Shown: piece after piece, positions 1-12,700 of the stretch | Numbering within the stretch: the stretch's first letter is position 1 | Layout: each line of letters opens with the position of its first letter | DNA from: a virus | Taxonomy: Duplodnaviria; Caudoviricetes | DNA: 64,000 nucleotides | Reading direction: 5' to 3' (one strand) | IMG/VR virus record: IMGVR_UViG_3300028888_000078 | Location: 39,415-103,414 of that record | Made by a program: the position numbers and the translations under genes | Notes under the pieces: generated by a model | Told to the model about the DNA's origin: nothing | The model's database searches: none | The model's input: only the letters and a program-made list of their open reading frames with translations

Positions 1-1
1 C

Positions 2-292
2 TGGATAAATTATATACTGTATATTGATCTGGAGGTAACTGATTTTGATACTAATTTAAATGTGTACTTGAAAAAGAATAGTAAATATTTAAAATCTGTA
101 TTAGAAACTGAACCTAATTTTAGCAGAATTTTGTTTAAAAACGGAAATCTGTGTGCTGTGTTCAATTCCCCTAAAAAATATAGGGGAATTGTTCATAGTA
201 TTGCGTTAACAGGATTTAACAGTGTAAACAAATATACCTTAGTTCGTATGTACGAACAGCAACAGAAAGCCCTGGCCGCTCGTGATGAGTAG
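2..292 (+). CDS. 3' part of a hypothetical protein (open from window edge), ending in TAG
   Basis: Frame open from position 2 (WINYILYIDLEV...EQQQKALAARDE) to TAG 290-292. No internal TAG; Gln codons are CAG/CAA. Stop lies inside a terminator-like hairpin. Confidence 0.6.
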   Translation, partial: WINYILYIDLEVTDFDTNLNVYLKKNSKYLKSVLETEPNFSRILFKNGNLCAVFNSPKKYRGIVHSIALTGFNSVNKYTLVRMYEQQQKALAARDE

Positions 293-303
293 TCAGGGTT
301 TTT
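266..303. terminator. Intrinsic terminator between convergent gene blocks (possibly bidirectional)
   Basis: AAAGCCCTGGC-CGCTC-GTGAT-GAGT-AGTCAGGGTTTTT stem-loop with T tract on + strand and short A run on the other side. Confidence 0.75.
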
Positions 304-352
304 ATTGTTGTATTCTGTGCCATATTTTATATGGCCAATAATTTTAAAAATA

Positions 353-432
353 AAGACGAATCCACATAGGATTTTCTAAAAAGTATTCGATTTCAACAAA
401 CTCCTAAAGAGAAGACGAATCTCATAGGATTT
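353..432. repeat. Imperfect 21-22 bp direct repeat pair
   Basis: AAGACGAATCCACATAGGATTT (353-374) and AAGACGAATCTCATAGGATTT (412-432). Confidence 0.7.
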
Positions 433-433
433 A

Positions 434-3400
434 TCACAGAATATCGAAAATTGGTCTTCCTTCTCTAATTGCTTTAAGAGCTTCGTAGAACCAACTTCGC
501 TTATCTTCGTCGCTCATTCGCATTATTTTGTTTTCTTGATATCTTCTTTTTGCTTCAGGATCTTTGTATTGCTCAACAGCATTGTGGAACGGCGTAAGTT
601 TGAATATGTTTCTCTACCAACGTTTCCAACCTTTGTACGTTTTACTATTTTTTATTACGTCATCATCGCTACTGGAATTTTTCTCCTGTTGATAAACATC
701 GTAAATATCATATACTATTGAACCAGCTTGCTGTTTTCCGTGTAAACTACTAAAAAATAAGTTGATGCCGGTTCCAGAAACAACATCTGCCAAACCGTCT
801 GATATAGAAGTTGCTCCAGAGAAACTCTAAATATTGTTTGACAAATCCAATAGATTGTATTTAGTATTTGCTTCAAACTGGAACGCTCTTGCGGCATAAG
901 CCAACCACTGTAATATTTGACGTGTAAGTTTATCGTTCTTATCCCAGCCATCCGCTGCTGCAGCAAGGAAGTTTGCCAACGGAGCTATAAAACAGTTGAT
1001 AAGCGCTACTTCAAGAACAGTCTGCTTGACTTGATATTTATTTGCTACACTGTTAGCTCTAGCTTTAGTTGAACCGGATGCATTGAAAAACTCTTCATCC
1101 TTTATTGATTTCATGAAAGATTTTCTTTCAGTGTGTTGAGCGTATTTTTTATATAAACTATATGCCAGTGCTAATGGTCCACTAACCAAAGGAACAATAC
1201 CAAAACCACCAAAAGCAACTCCTACGAAACATCCGCCACCAAAAGCAGCAAGCGCATTAGAGGCGCACAATCTGTTCAAATATTTGAACATTGTACCAAA
1301 CTAATGATTCTTATACTCTTGAGCATCGTAATCGTAAACACGAGAACCCCAAGTTTGTTGAATCATCAACGGGATATACTGTCTGTGTATTAATGCAAAT
1401 GCACCAACAAAACTACGAGTCATCATGGCTTTTTGAAGTCTTGTTGCCATGCCGTCGGCCTGTTCTGCATTTTTTATTGATTTGTTTATGACAGTATGCT
1501 TTACTTTATCCCACGCAGCTTGATATTTTTCATCTATTTGCAACTTTTCGTCTCCGTCAATGAATATATCATAACATGTTATTTTTGAAGAGTCAAACTT
1601 CTTCAACATTTCTTGATATCTATCACCAAGTTGTTCTTTCGATTCTTCTATCATGTGGCGTGTTGTAAATTCACCATCCACAAGTCTATACGAAAGCATT
1701 GTAGAAACAGCAATAGTTGCTTTTGAAGCTATATCTGCTGCAGACATAAGTCCGTATGTGCTGTTTTTATATATAACCTAGAGCCAACGATTTCTATTGG
1801 AATGTTCGGTCTTTCTATCTAACTAGTTTGACATATCCATCATTTCGAGGATAAGCATAACTCTGTTTTTGGTAAGACGCTGGCCTAAAAGTGTACCTCC
1901 AGTGAATAAACTTCTGCCAAATTCTTTAAGAACTATATTATTTGCTCTCCACATTTCCTTTTTCCCGTACTTGTAACCAACAAGTCCGTTTAACAAATGC
2001 GTAAAACTTGTAGTAAGAAATCCTACAAACGCTACTTTTGGATTCATACCCAAGTTTCTGGCAGTTGTCCACCGTTTCCAAAGACTCAATATCCTACTAA
2101 TATCCCAAGTCTTGTCTCCAAATGTAATAGAAAATGGGGTTCTCTATATATCATACAAATCTCGTTCTATCAATCGTTTCGCATACTGATATGTGTTAGA
2201 TTCGTCATTATTTAATCCACCTATTCTTCGTATTGTTTTTACAACCGAATTATAATCTGGTGTTTTAAATTGCTGCATTTTTAACATATCTAGAATAGCT
2301 TCACAATCATCTCTGACATCTGCTTTTTGCTTATATAACTGTGCCATTTTATAGTAAGACGCAGTTATATCGATAAGATCTCTCGATATATATTGTGGAT
2401 TTTTCATCCTTCGTGTAAAGTATTGCGGTATTATGTGGAATGCACGTCCATCTGGGTATGTTCCGCCGACTTCCCGATATAGCCCGTCAGTACTTTCCTG
2501 TAAGTTAGAACCTTTTTCCATATCGTTTGGATCATCATACTTGCCGACAAGTTTGTTGGCAGCAAATGTGCTCGTATCAGGATCTATTTCACCTATAAGA
2601 CCGCCAAACGTTTTTATATAGTTCCATATTCCAGACCAGAAAGGTTTCCTTCTTAATCTTCCTAAGAAAGTGCATTCTTTTTGTGGGAGCAAAAAGTTAT
2701 CTGCATACTGTCGATTATACAGTTGATTTGACTCTGAAATGGTTTGCTGTACACCTTCGTATAAAGCTCTCAATGTTTCAGAACCACCTCTTCCATTCTT
2801 TCCAAATATCTTTTCGTATTGTTTGGAGTTGTCGTATATACTTCTTTTAGGAACCCATTGTGTACCATACGATTCATCGAAATTTGGATTAGAAAGATCG
2901 CTATCAGCTTTATCTATCCATGCGTCGTTTGGTTCGTATTCCATATACTGTGGATCTCTTGCTTCTATCACAGTAAGCCAAGAATATGGTCTAAATTCTC
3001 CAGGATCGTATCCAAATAGATCGTCAGACCCGCCAATATAATAACCATATGTATCTTGCAACATAGAATACATAAAATCCTCAGTAGAGAACGCGTCTAA
3101 GGCGTCTGCATCATCTTGCTCAGATGCTCTACGCTACGCTTCTTTTTTTATCTCTTCTATGATTTTTTTGAATTGACGAGTTTCAGTATATTTTATATAC
3201 TTTTCTTGTATTTCTCTATACTTAGCTGTCTATTCGCTTGCTTTTGATCTTCTTATATCAGAACGCTTGTTATCTATTTTAATTATTATATTCTTTATTA
3301 CTTCCGGCAACGTATTTATATCAACTTCACCGCTAGCGAGTCTATAATTATTTAAAATATCCTGTTTTTCTTTACCGAGCTATTCGTATTCTTCTCCGTA

Positions 3401-6400
3401 TTGAGGTTTAACACCACCAAACTCCTCTTCTATCTTTTTGAATACTAAAGCCTCCCCATAACTGTTTTTCTTCAGTTTTTTTCTTGTATTACGCTCATCC
3501 CATTCATCAAGCTCTTTTGAATCTAATCCAAATTTATTTATTACAGCCTAACGAGCTTGCTTCCATCCAGTAACATCGTATTTCTTTTCTTTTTCGTTAC
3601 CGTTTTCATCATATTTGTACAGCTTCTCATAAAGAGTTTTCAACGCGATTGCATCCTCGTAATCTTGTCCTTTTTTAAGATTTCCATATTCGTCACGTTC
3701 ACTTCTAAGAGCCCTGCGCTGTTCCCATAAGCTATTAAGTTTCTCCCAATCCTATTGCGACAACTTCTCGTAGTGTGGATGACCATTTTCGTCATAAAGA
3801 TTTTCATAGTTATTAAGAATAGAATTGATCTGTATTCTTATTTCGCTCATACTATCTTTGACACGTTGCGGTAGTTTAGAATAAAATTCGTAATATTTAT
3901 CTTTGTACCTACGTTCTGCATTTTGATGCAGCCACTCTTCTTTTTTTCTGTCGAAATATTCTTTTGGAGTTGTCTTCACACCGTCTATAATAGCAGTTTT
4001 ATTTATTTCCGGAGCAACTTTGTTGTTTAATTGGAGATCTGGAATATTGAAAATATCTCGTATATCTTTATTTATTTGCTATATTGCTTTTTCGTAATTC
4101 TTATAGAATCTTCCGAAGTTAAGGTCTCGTACAAGATATCCTGTAAAATTACCATTTTCATCAACCTCGTACAAATGCCACTCTTTTTCTCCTTTTTTTA
4201 GATTACGTTTTAGTTTAAGAAGGTCTGTTGCTTTTCCTACAGAATTAAGAGTTGCTGAAGTTAATGCCTTGTTTATTATATAAGCGATAGTCCTTACGGC
4301 TTCGTTAGAAGAAGCATCTGCAGCTCCTGCCCAAGAAGATAATGTACCGATATCATCTATAGCATCAGCTGCCATATCAGAATTTAATGCGTTTATATAA
4401 GAATCCATTTCTGGATTTCCTACTTCATTGGCAGTTGTTTTTAGTTTATGAATAACATTCTCTTTAAGCATGTATTCAACTACGTTTATTCCTTCTTGCG
4501 TAAAATTTATCGCATTGTCAAGATGTCGTTCTACTTCTTTAAGATCTTCTACTGTTATTTTATCCGATTCTTTTGTGGCTTTTGCATTAAATACATTTAC
4601 CATATCGATTCTATTCTCATCGTCGTCAAGCATTTTTTTGATGCTGTTAAAAACAGAATTGTACATACCAAGATTTGCATGCATTTGGTACATGTAATCT
4701 CCATTTGTAAATTGCCCGCTTTCACGACGAATGGATCTTAAATTGTCAACATCTTTTATTATTTGTGGTATAGCAGTATCCAAAAGATTCTATATTGCAT
4801 AATATTTACCGGCCTCATCTACAGCGAACATTTCTAACTGGTTCTATGTTATTTGTAAGAATCTGCTTTTGGTAACAGAATCAAGATTTGAAGCACGTAA
4901 TGCATCTATTCTTGTAGCTAACGCGTCTTTTACTCTGTCCCAACTTGTTATTTGCACAGTTCCAGGTTTGTGCTTCTATCCTATCGTAACATTATATCTT
5001 TCTGTACCAAGCATTACAAAATTTTTCTGCGCAATGTTCATCTGTTCCAATCGCTTCATGCTGTCCAAGAATCGTTCATGATTCTAAACACCTAAATCTT
5101 GTTGATGATATACAGAATTTAAATACGACTTTGATGGAATGTTTCCTTTGATAATAGACTGTCTGTTGTATAAATAGTCTTCTATAGTTTTCTAATAGAT
5201 ATGAAGCTATTCTGAATTGTTTGGATCAAATATCGCTCTGTTTGCAATAGCTATTGATAACTTGTTAACCAATCTTTTTAAACGCTCAAATAAGCTAGTA
5301 TTATTGGTTCTGTCTATTGCATCAGCCATTTCAAATATCGCATGTCTTATATCTGGATCAGAAGCAAAATAAGCAGCAAATTCTTTTTCGTTATCCAAAC
5401 AGTGCATTCCGCTAAGAACATCAAATTTTATTGCAGAATCTTTCCCAAATAAATTAGACATCCTGTTAAAAACTTTTCTATTCTACTCTACAAAAGCTTT
5501 GTCCTCAGCTGTTTTCGGATTATCTATAATATCTACAGTTATTGCGTGGATTATTTCATGCATCATTGTTGTGCCAAAATATCCCCTAGATATCTATTGC
5601 AATTCATTTGGATTAATAAGGATAACACTTCCGCCATTATCCGTAATAGTTTCAGCAAGCTCTCCTATACCCATTATTTGTCCAATTCTTACAGGTATAT
5701 CATGTTTTGATAATACATTCGCTAAGTCAGTATTTGTCTTATGAAATATACCATTGGACAACATCGCCGTCATAAGATCTCTACTGCTTACAGTTTCTCC
5801 ATTCAAAAGTTTTGCTGCTAAGTTTTGGCCAAATGAATCTGCAATATTAGTAGAACTTACAAAATTAGCATCGTCTACATTTATATTTTCTATTATAGAA
5901 TGATATATATTGTTTTTGCTCGGGTTAAATTCTCCTAAGTTAGCAATACTTTTTATTTGATTTGGATTTTTTACAACCCATTGTTTTGTAGGTTCCATTC
6001 CACGGCGATCACCTTCTTTATCATATCTTTCGATAAAAACAGAATCGTATTTAGGGTCTCTAATTAGCTCATTTTCGTGTTTTGTGTATTCATCTAAAGT
6101 ATTGAATTTTCCATCTTTTACAGAAGTTTCAGCAGGAGTTTTCATGTTAAGATAACACGCCATTGTAACAGAATGCCTATATTTAAATGCTTTTGCCTAG
6201 CTGTCTGTAAAGAAGAAAGAATGCCTATCGTGTACTTTATGAGCACCTCGTTTTCCATCTTCATCATATTCAAATTCGTTGAAGATGTCGTCAGTACCGT
6301 GCCATAATACAAGAGGTTCTCCGTTATCATCTACAGCTTTAGAGACCTATTCTTTTTCTTCTGATGTCCAGTCGCCAAACCAATTAAAAAACTAATCCGA

Positions 6401-6694
6401 ATACACATTGGATTTCGCTATTAATGTTTTACGCCTATCCCCACCAAAATGATCCAATAACGTTTGAAATAAAACAGATGGTTTGCCCTGTGGGGTCATA
6501 TCGAGCATATTGCCACCGTTTCTATCATATATCCTATAAGCGGCCTCCATGGCAGAATAGTTCCGTCCGGAGCGCTATTTTCGCAACTCCGGATTCCGGA
6601 ACTCATCTTCTGTCATAGGTTTGCCACCAAGTGCTTCAATTATTTCATTGAAGCCATTAAAAACTTCTTTGTTTTTATAATACGGGCAAATCAT
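434..6694 (-). CDS. Large virion/ejected protein (~2086 aa, TAG=Gln) with N-terminal ART-PolyVal-like ADP-ribosyltransferase and zincin domain
   Basis: ATG 6694 (MICPYYKN), TGA 434-436 followed by TAA. All track fragments 827-6163 in this frame. Motifs FFNWFGDW..SKAVDDNGEPLVLWHGT..FFFTD..YLNMKTP..PNQIKS and HEIIH (5546-5560). Confidence 0.85.
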
Positions 6695-6705
6695 GTGAAT
6701 AATTT

Positions 6706-9700
6706 TTAATCATAATCTATATCTTCCGCTACAGAGAACATGCTACTACTTGCTTTTGGATTTGTGCCGCACTCTTGATTTTTAGAGTTGTCTTTATCCT
6801 ATTCGCTCACTTCATCCATAACAACAGAAGATATTTCTTCTTGTTTAGTATCATTAGAATCTATATCTTGTGCAGATTTTGATTGTTCTACAAGACTTTC
6901 TGCGTATTTTGTACTAGTCTAATCAGCTATTAATTTAGCGATATCGTCAGCAATCTGTTCCACATCCTGTTTAACAAAATTTGATTCTGGAGCATTGTCT
7001 AGTGCATAATGTAGTCGTTTTGCCATTCCTTGCTTACCTACATAATTTACAGCGTCTACATGAACATTGGCACTTTTTACAATACCTTTTAAATTTGAAG
7101 CGGCGAGCTACATTACTTTTGTAGTATATGTATCACCGAATTTATCAAATAAAGTATGCAATATAATACCACTGTCTCCTGTAGATTTTAATAAATCAAT
7201 AAGTACTTTTGAAGCCTTAAATTGCTTAATATCTCTAGCTAATTTGTCATAATGCTTTCTATAATAAGCTTTATCTTTTTCTGACAGCTCACCAAACGAT
7301 TGTAAATATTCTTCTATATCGTTTTTGGTTATCTAAACATCCATATTGCCACTAGACGTAATATATACCCACTTATATCCATTTGCAAGTAAATCTTTTA
7401 TAAGATCTACGTTTTCTTTTGATATCGGTTTTGTTATATCTATGGTAACAACTTTATTCTCAGATTTTTCTGGGACGTTTGGTGTTTTAGCATCTTTAGA
7501 AGCAACAAGGTTTATAATAACACTTGCTTTATTGTTTACTGTAAACCATGCATTTTTACCTTGACCATACTAAACAATGCTAATATTTCCGTGTTTAGGT
7601 TCAACAGAATCATCATACTTTTTGTAAACATCTGTATTAAGTATATCATATACTTCCGGAATTTCTTCTGTTTCCCAGTTTACTTTTAATTCAAATCTAC
7701 GCTCGTCATCAAATCCGGTTCCTGGTTTAAGTTTGTTGTAGTCGTCCACTGTTTTCTGTACTCCATCACGAACTTTTTCCATAGACAGGTTTGTACTTAA
7801 TTTGTTGTCATTAAACAGAGACGCTGTCTAAAATCCAGCATAGAATTCGTACTGCTAGACATCGCTTGACCTATATCCTGCTTTAGGAACAGGAGCGTAT
7901 ATAGAAATTTTATCATCTAACGTCTATCCAGCCTTGTCTCCTGTAGCATAAGTTTTTTGAATATCTCCAATCTTTCTATACAAGACACTCTTTCCTTTTA
8001 TTTTTATTTTAAAATACGGATTACCTTTGAGCTTATAATCGCTTTGCATGAGTACATATCTCGGGAATCCAAATTCTCCTTGACTCATGCATTCAGGTCC
8101 GTATTTTCTATAATCATTTTTGTTGAAGTTATCTTGTATACTACTTGGATAATGCCTACTTACAATGTTATCGTCATACCAATAGTTTCTGCAAATAATA
8201 TCTAGAATACCGGACACGTCAAACGCGTTTGTTTTTGCATTTAGATCCATATTTGTTATATCTCCAAGCATTCCTTCTTGATAAATTTTTCTAGCAGTTC
8301 CACTAGCAAATGCAAGATGATTTAGAGTACTAGTTAACGCCCAGTCATACTACTCTCTATAAGCAGGAGGAACAAGGTCAAAGAATGAATTTCTTACATC
8401 TTGATCATAATTCGAATAATATGCATAGAATACAAGATCTCTTGCTAATTCCGCAACTTCTTCATTCTGAGAATCAAGTAGTTGTGCAAAAGATGCAACA
8501 CGTCTAGTCTTCTAATCTGTATCAGTATCCCTTGACTATAACTTGACAACTATTCTACCAATCTCAACATTCTTTGTTGGTGATAACGGAGTAAGAGCAT
8601 CTAACAAATCATTATGATATTCTCCATTTTCATCAACAAGATCGGGATATTTATTTATTGCATCCGAAGACTTTAAGGCGCGTTTGAATTCATCTAACCG
8701 TTTATACAACGGCTTAACCGTTTCTGATCCGTATAGCAAATCGTGCATCTTCTTGATAACGGCCGCTTTATCTCCGCCTAAAGTAAGATCTATAGCATTC
8801 TCGTTAAGATAACGCATATCTTTTCCGATATTAAACATTATATTAAACCTGAATATATTATCCAAAGCGTTTCCTATAGCGTCTATTTTATCTTGCGAGA
8901 ATTCTCTATCATACAATAATTTTGTACCGCCGTTGAGTTTACACATTATCGCTTTAAACACAAGATCATATTCGTCTGTAGCGGTAACAAGTTGCGTTTT
9001 AAGCATTTCTTTTACATTAGACGTAGCAGATTCAAATTTATGACTTAAATAAGAATCGTTGAAATATCTGCGAACAGCTTCTTTTGACGCCTTATTTTTA
9101 TCAACTTTACCTTTTTCATCCTTAAACCGATCGTCAAATCCATCTTCATTTATTGTCCATATAGAACCGTCTTCAATAAAGTGCTAGATCTTGTTATCAA
9201 AGTTTATATGGTCCCTGATAGTATTACCAAACTTTTTAGTATCGATCTAAGAAACGCTCACAAGATCGGATATAGCTTGAGCATGTACACTCAGCTCTTC
9301 AAATGCTCTAACACAAGCAAGCTAAAATTCTAAATGACTTAACAAGTCTGACTGTTTATTAGAACGCCTGTTCTTTATCTGTTTTATAGCATAATCCTTA
9401 TTAAACACGAGCTTTCTATCGAATTCAAGAGAAGGAATATCTTCGTTTTCTTTTCTAAATTTTCTCTTTTTCTATTCAGAAAGACAAACGTAGTCGACAA
9501 AATCAATAAGATGATCAAGTTTAACTGCTTCTGCAGCTGTAAGCTGTTTATTATCTGAATTTTCGTAATCTTTGCGTAAAGAATGAAGTCTTTCTTTCAA
9601 CCTCCCGTATTCAGTTCTTATTGCCGCATTTTTGGATATGTTATTTAATTCTTCAGTAGGACTATCTCCAAGAAGATTTCCTCCGTACATTCCTCCAGAG

Positions 9701-12700
9701 TTATTTATATCCGCTGCTATATTCTTGAGAGACTGTTGAGATAAGAATGTGAATGTTGAAAGTCCTTTACCCGCTCTTATCAAGAAGTTCGCATAATTAT
9801 ATGTTGCGTGATTTACATTAAGATCAAAAATATACGGGTCTTTTGCTACGTCGACATGAGCATTAACCATTGCTGATAACCACCCTGATATACGACGCCC
9901 GTCTTTGCCGTCTATTGCATCCAATGGACCAAAATCATATTCTGCAATGACGCCTTCGTACCTCATGGTGAGGTGGCTATATTGCGTGAGAGCTAGATTT
10001 GTCACATTAAGAGCGAATGGAGCAATACCAGCTTTACCTACAGAAAACTCAAGTTTTCTATTCATCTGGAAGAAAGGCATAAGTTCTGTAAAGCTTGGTA
10101 TATATTTGTCTTGTGGGTCTCTAAGTACACCTTCTGCATCAATAAGCTCTTCTTTTAACATCTTTGTGAATGTATCAATAGACGCTCTAGATTCAGAATA
10201 GTTTTTATTATCGCACAACAACGTCATATAACTTTCAAGAAGTTTATTGGTAAGTCCGCCCTTTGTAGGATTTTCTTCACTAAATTGTTCGTACTCTCCG
10301 TTTATATACGATTTTGTAGCCAAGAATAATTTATCAACGTCGTAGTCAGATCCTGTTTGAGCAGTAAACTCTGGCGGAACGACAATTAAATCTCCACATT
10401 GTGAAGGTAATACATCAGCTACAGTAAATCCAAATATAGATGAAAGTCCCTGTGTAGGAATACGATATCCGATACCAAACGGATCAGGATTTGACTCTGT
10501 TCCATCTTTTTTGGTTCCTTTTATTATATCGTGCTCTATAAGCCAATCTCTTTGATCTTCAAATGGTTTATTCTTCAAATCATTTGGAAGCACGTGTCTA
10601 AAGAAATTAATAGACAACATGACTTCCATAGAGTTATTTTCCGTATGCCATTTGAGCATCTATCCGTTATTAAAATTAATTTTAAACGCACCGATTTGAT
10701 CTGTAACATTACGTTTGCCATACCCAGCAAAACCAAATGAAGATTGCTGGATAGCTGTACCACCTGGAGTATTTATATCAATAACTTCTGAGTTAACTAT
10801 AGATGTAGCACTGTTTTCAAATACTTCACGTCTAGAAAGACATGCGGCTACTCCATTTCTTGCAATTTGTTCGGCTGTATAACCAAGATTATTACTTCTT
10901 GCTATACTAAGAACAAAATCATGAACAGCGTCCATATCAATTCGATATCCGGTGTTCGGATCGTCTGTAAAGAATCTCTTATGCAAATTCTAAATACCAA
11001 GATTCGTCAGATGCTTTACTGTCGACATGATTTCGGCCTTCACCTAGTAACCATATTTGCCACCGTTGCCGTTTTCATCAGCTCCGTATATCGCGTCGTC
11101 AATAATACTTGAAAACGCAAGTTTAAACATCTGGGTACCTATATTTCTGGTTTCAGAATCATGCGCTTCTGTATTTAACTGATATCGTAAATTCTGTAAA
11201 TATTGTATTTCGACAGGAACAGAACCGGTAGAATTTGTCTTTGTTTTTCCATAATTTGTATTATCTGGATTATCATCGTAATCGATATACTGACTACTTT
11301 CTTTATTAAACAAATCCTCTATAGAACACAACTGATCTTCACCCGTAGCACCATCTTCTTTCATCTTAGCACCGCGTTGAGCCGCGCCTACTTTTACAGC
11401 AGATTTGAATGATATCATGTCAAGCTCATTGCCCTTTTTGTTCATTCTTTTATAAAGCTCAGCTCCAACTCCGTTTCCTGCCATAAATCTAAACCACGGG
11501 AATATGGCCATCTTGTTTAATACGGGTTTATTGTACTCAAATGATGGATGATAGTCTATATTTCCTTTTTCGTCGATTGTAAATTTTCGTCCGCCATCGT
11601 CCGTAGGATCATTTTGGAAGTACGTCATTTTTAGAGGATATAATTGGAGTTGACGAACCGCTTTATACAATTCTGGATCACTAAGCCAAGAACCGTTTTT
11701 ACTGTCAGACTTATGACCTTCCAATATCATATACGCCTGTTCATCATTATTAGACCATTGGCCTAATCCGATGCGTATACGTCGATACATCTCAGGCCTA
11801 ATGAATACCTGCGCGTCAGATACATTTATTTTTGTATACGGCTCGACTTGAGTTTCAAGTTCTCTTTCAATCGCAGCGTGTCTGTTCTTAAACAAATCGT
11901 ATACAGTCTTAAAATGTTCTTCGTCGTCATATATCTTCTGCAAGCCTTGCTCAAATGACATTCCGTGTTCATTACACCATCTTTGGAACTTATCCTTATC
12001 AAGATTTCTTATATTATCTACCAAAAGCTGCTTTTTAAACGATGTTTTTATAATATCCACAAACGTAGATCTCATTTTTATATCTTCCACGTTCATGTTT
12101 GTATATCTATCTATAGACAATATACGTCTTCCCTTTTTCTCAAGTTCCTCTTTACTGTAATATAGTCTTATTTCGTCTCCAGGAGACAATGTACTTCCTA
12201 AACGCTTGATTTTGTCTGAAAAAGCATCATATACATTATCAACATTGACTTCAACGTTTGCAACACTTCCATCCTACAAAGAAATAGTTTCATTTATCTT
12301 TGTGGTAGGATTGTCTTTTGCTTTTTTTCTAGAATAAAAGGCAGGATCTCCAGAAAACACCTTTTCGAACTCTATGATAGATATCGCAGAATTTACTGCA
12401 TAATTGGCAATAAGAGAAAACAAAGCATCGCTAAGTATAGTGCTGTTTTCAAGATCACTATAAGCGTCTTTTGTTTGCTTATTATTTATCTTTCCATGTA
12501 TTGCATTTGCGTACTTATTAAGCAGACCAACAGGAATACCGGTTGGTTTGTAAGTACTGCCGTCTTTGTTTACCAAATGAACAGGTTTCTAAGGATCGGA
12601 TAATTGGTCTAATTCTTCTATAGTACGCTTAATAAACAAATCATTTATTGCTGATTTTATTTGTTTCGATGCAAATCCACCAGCAAAATGCTGTTGTTTA

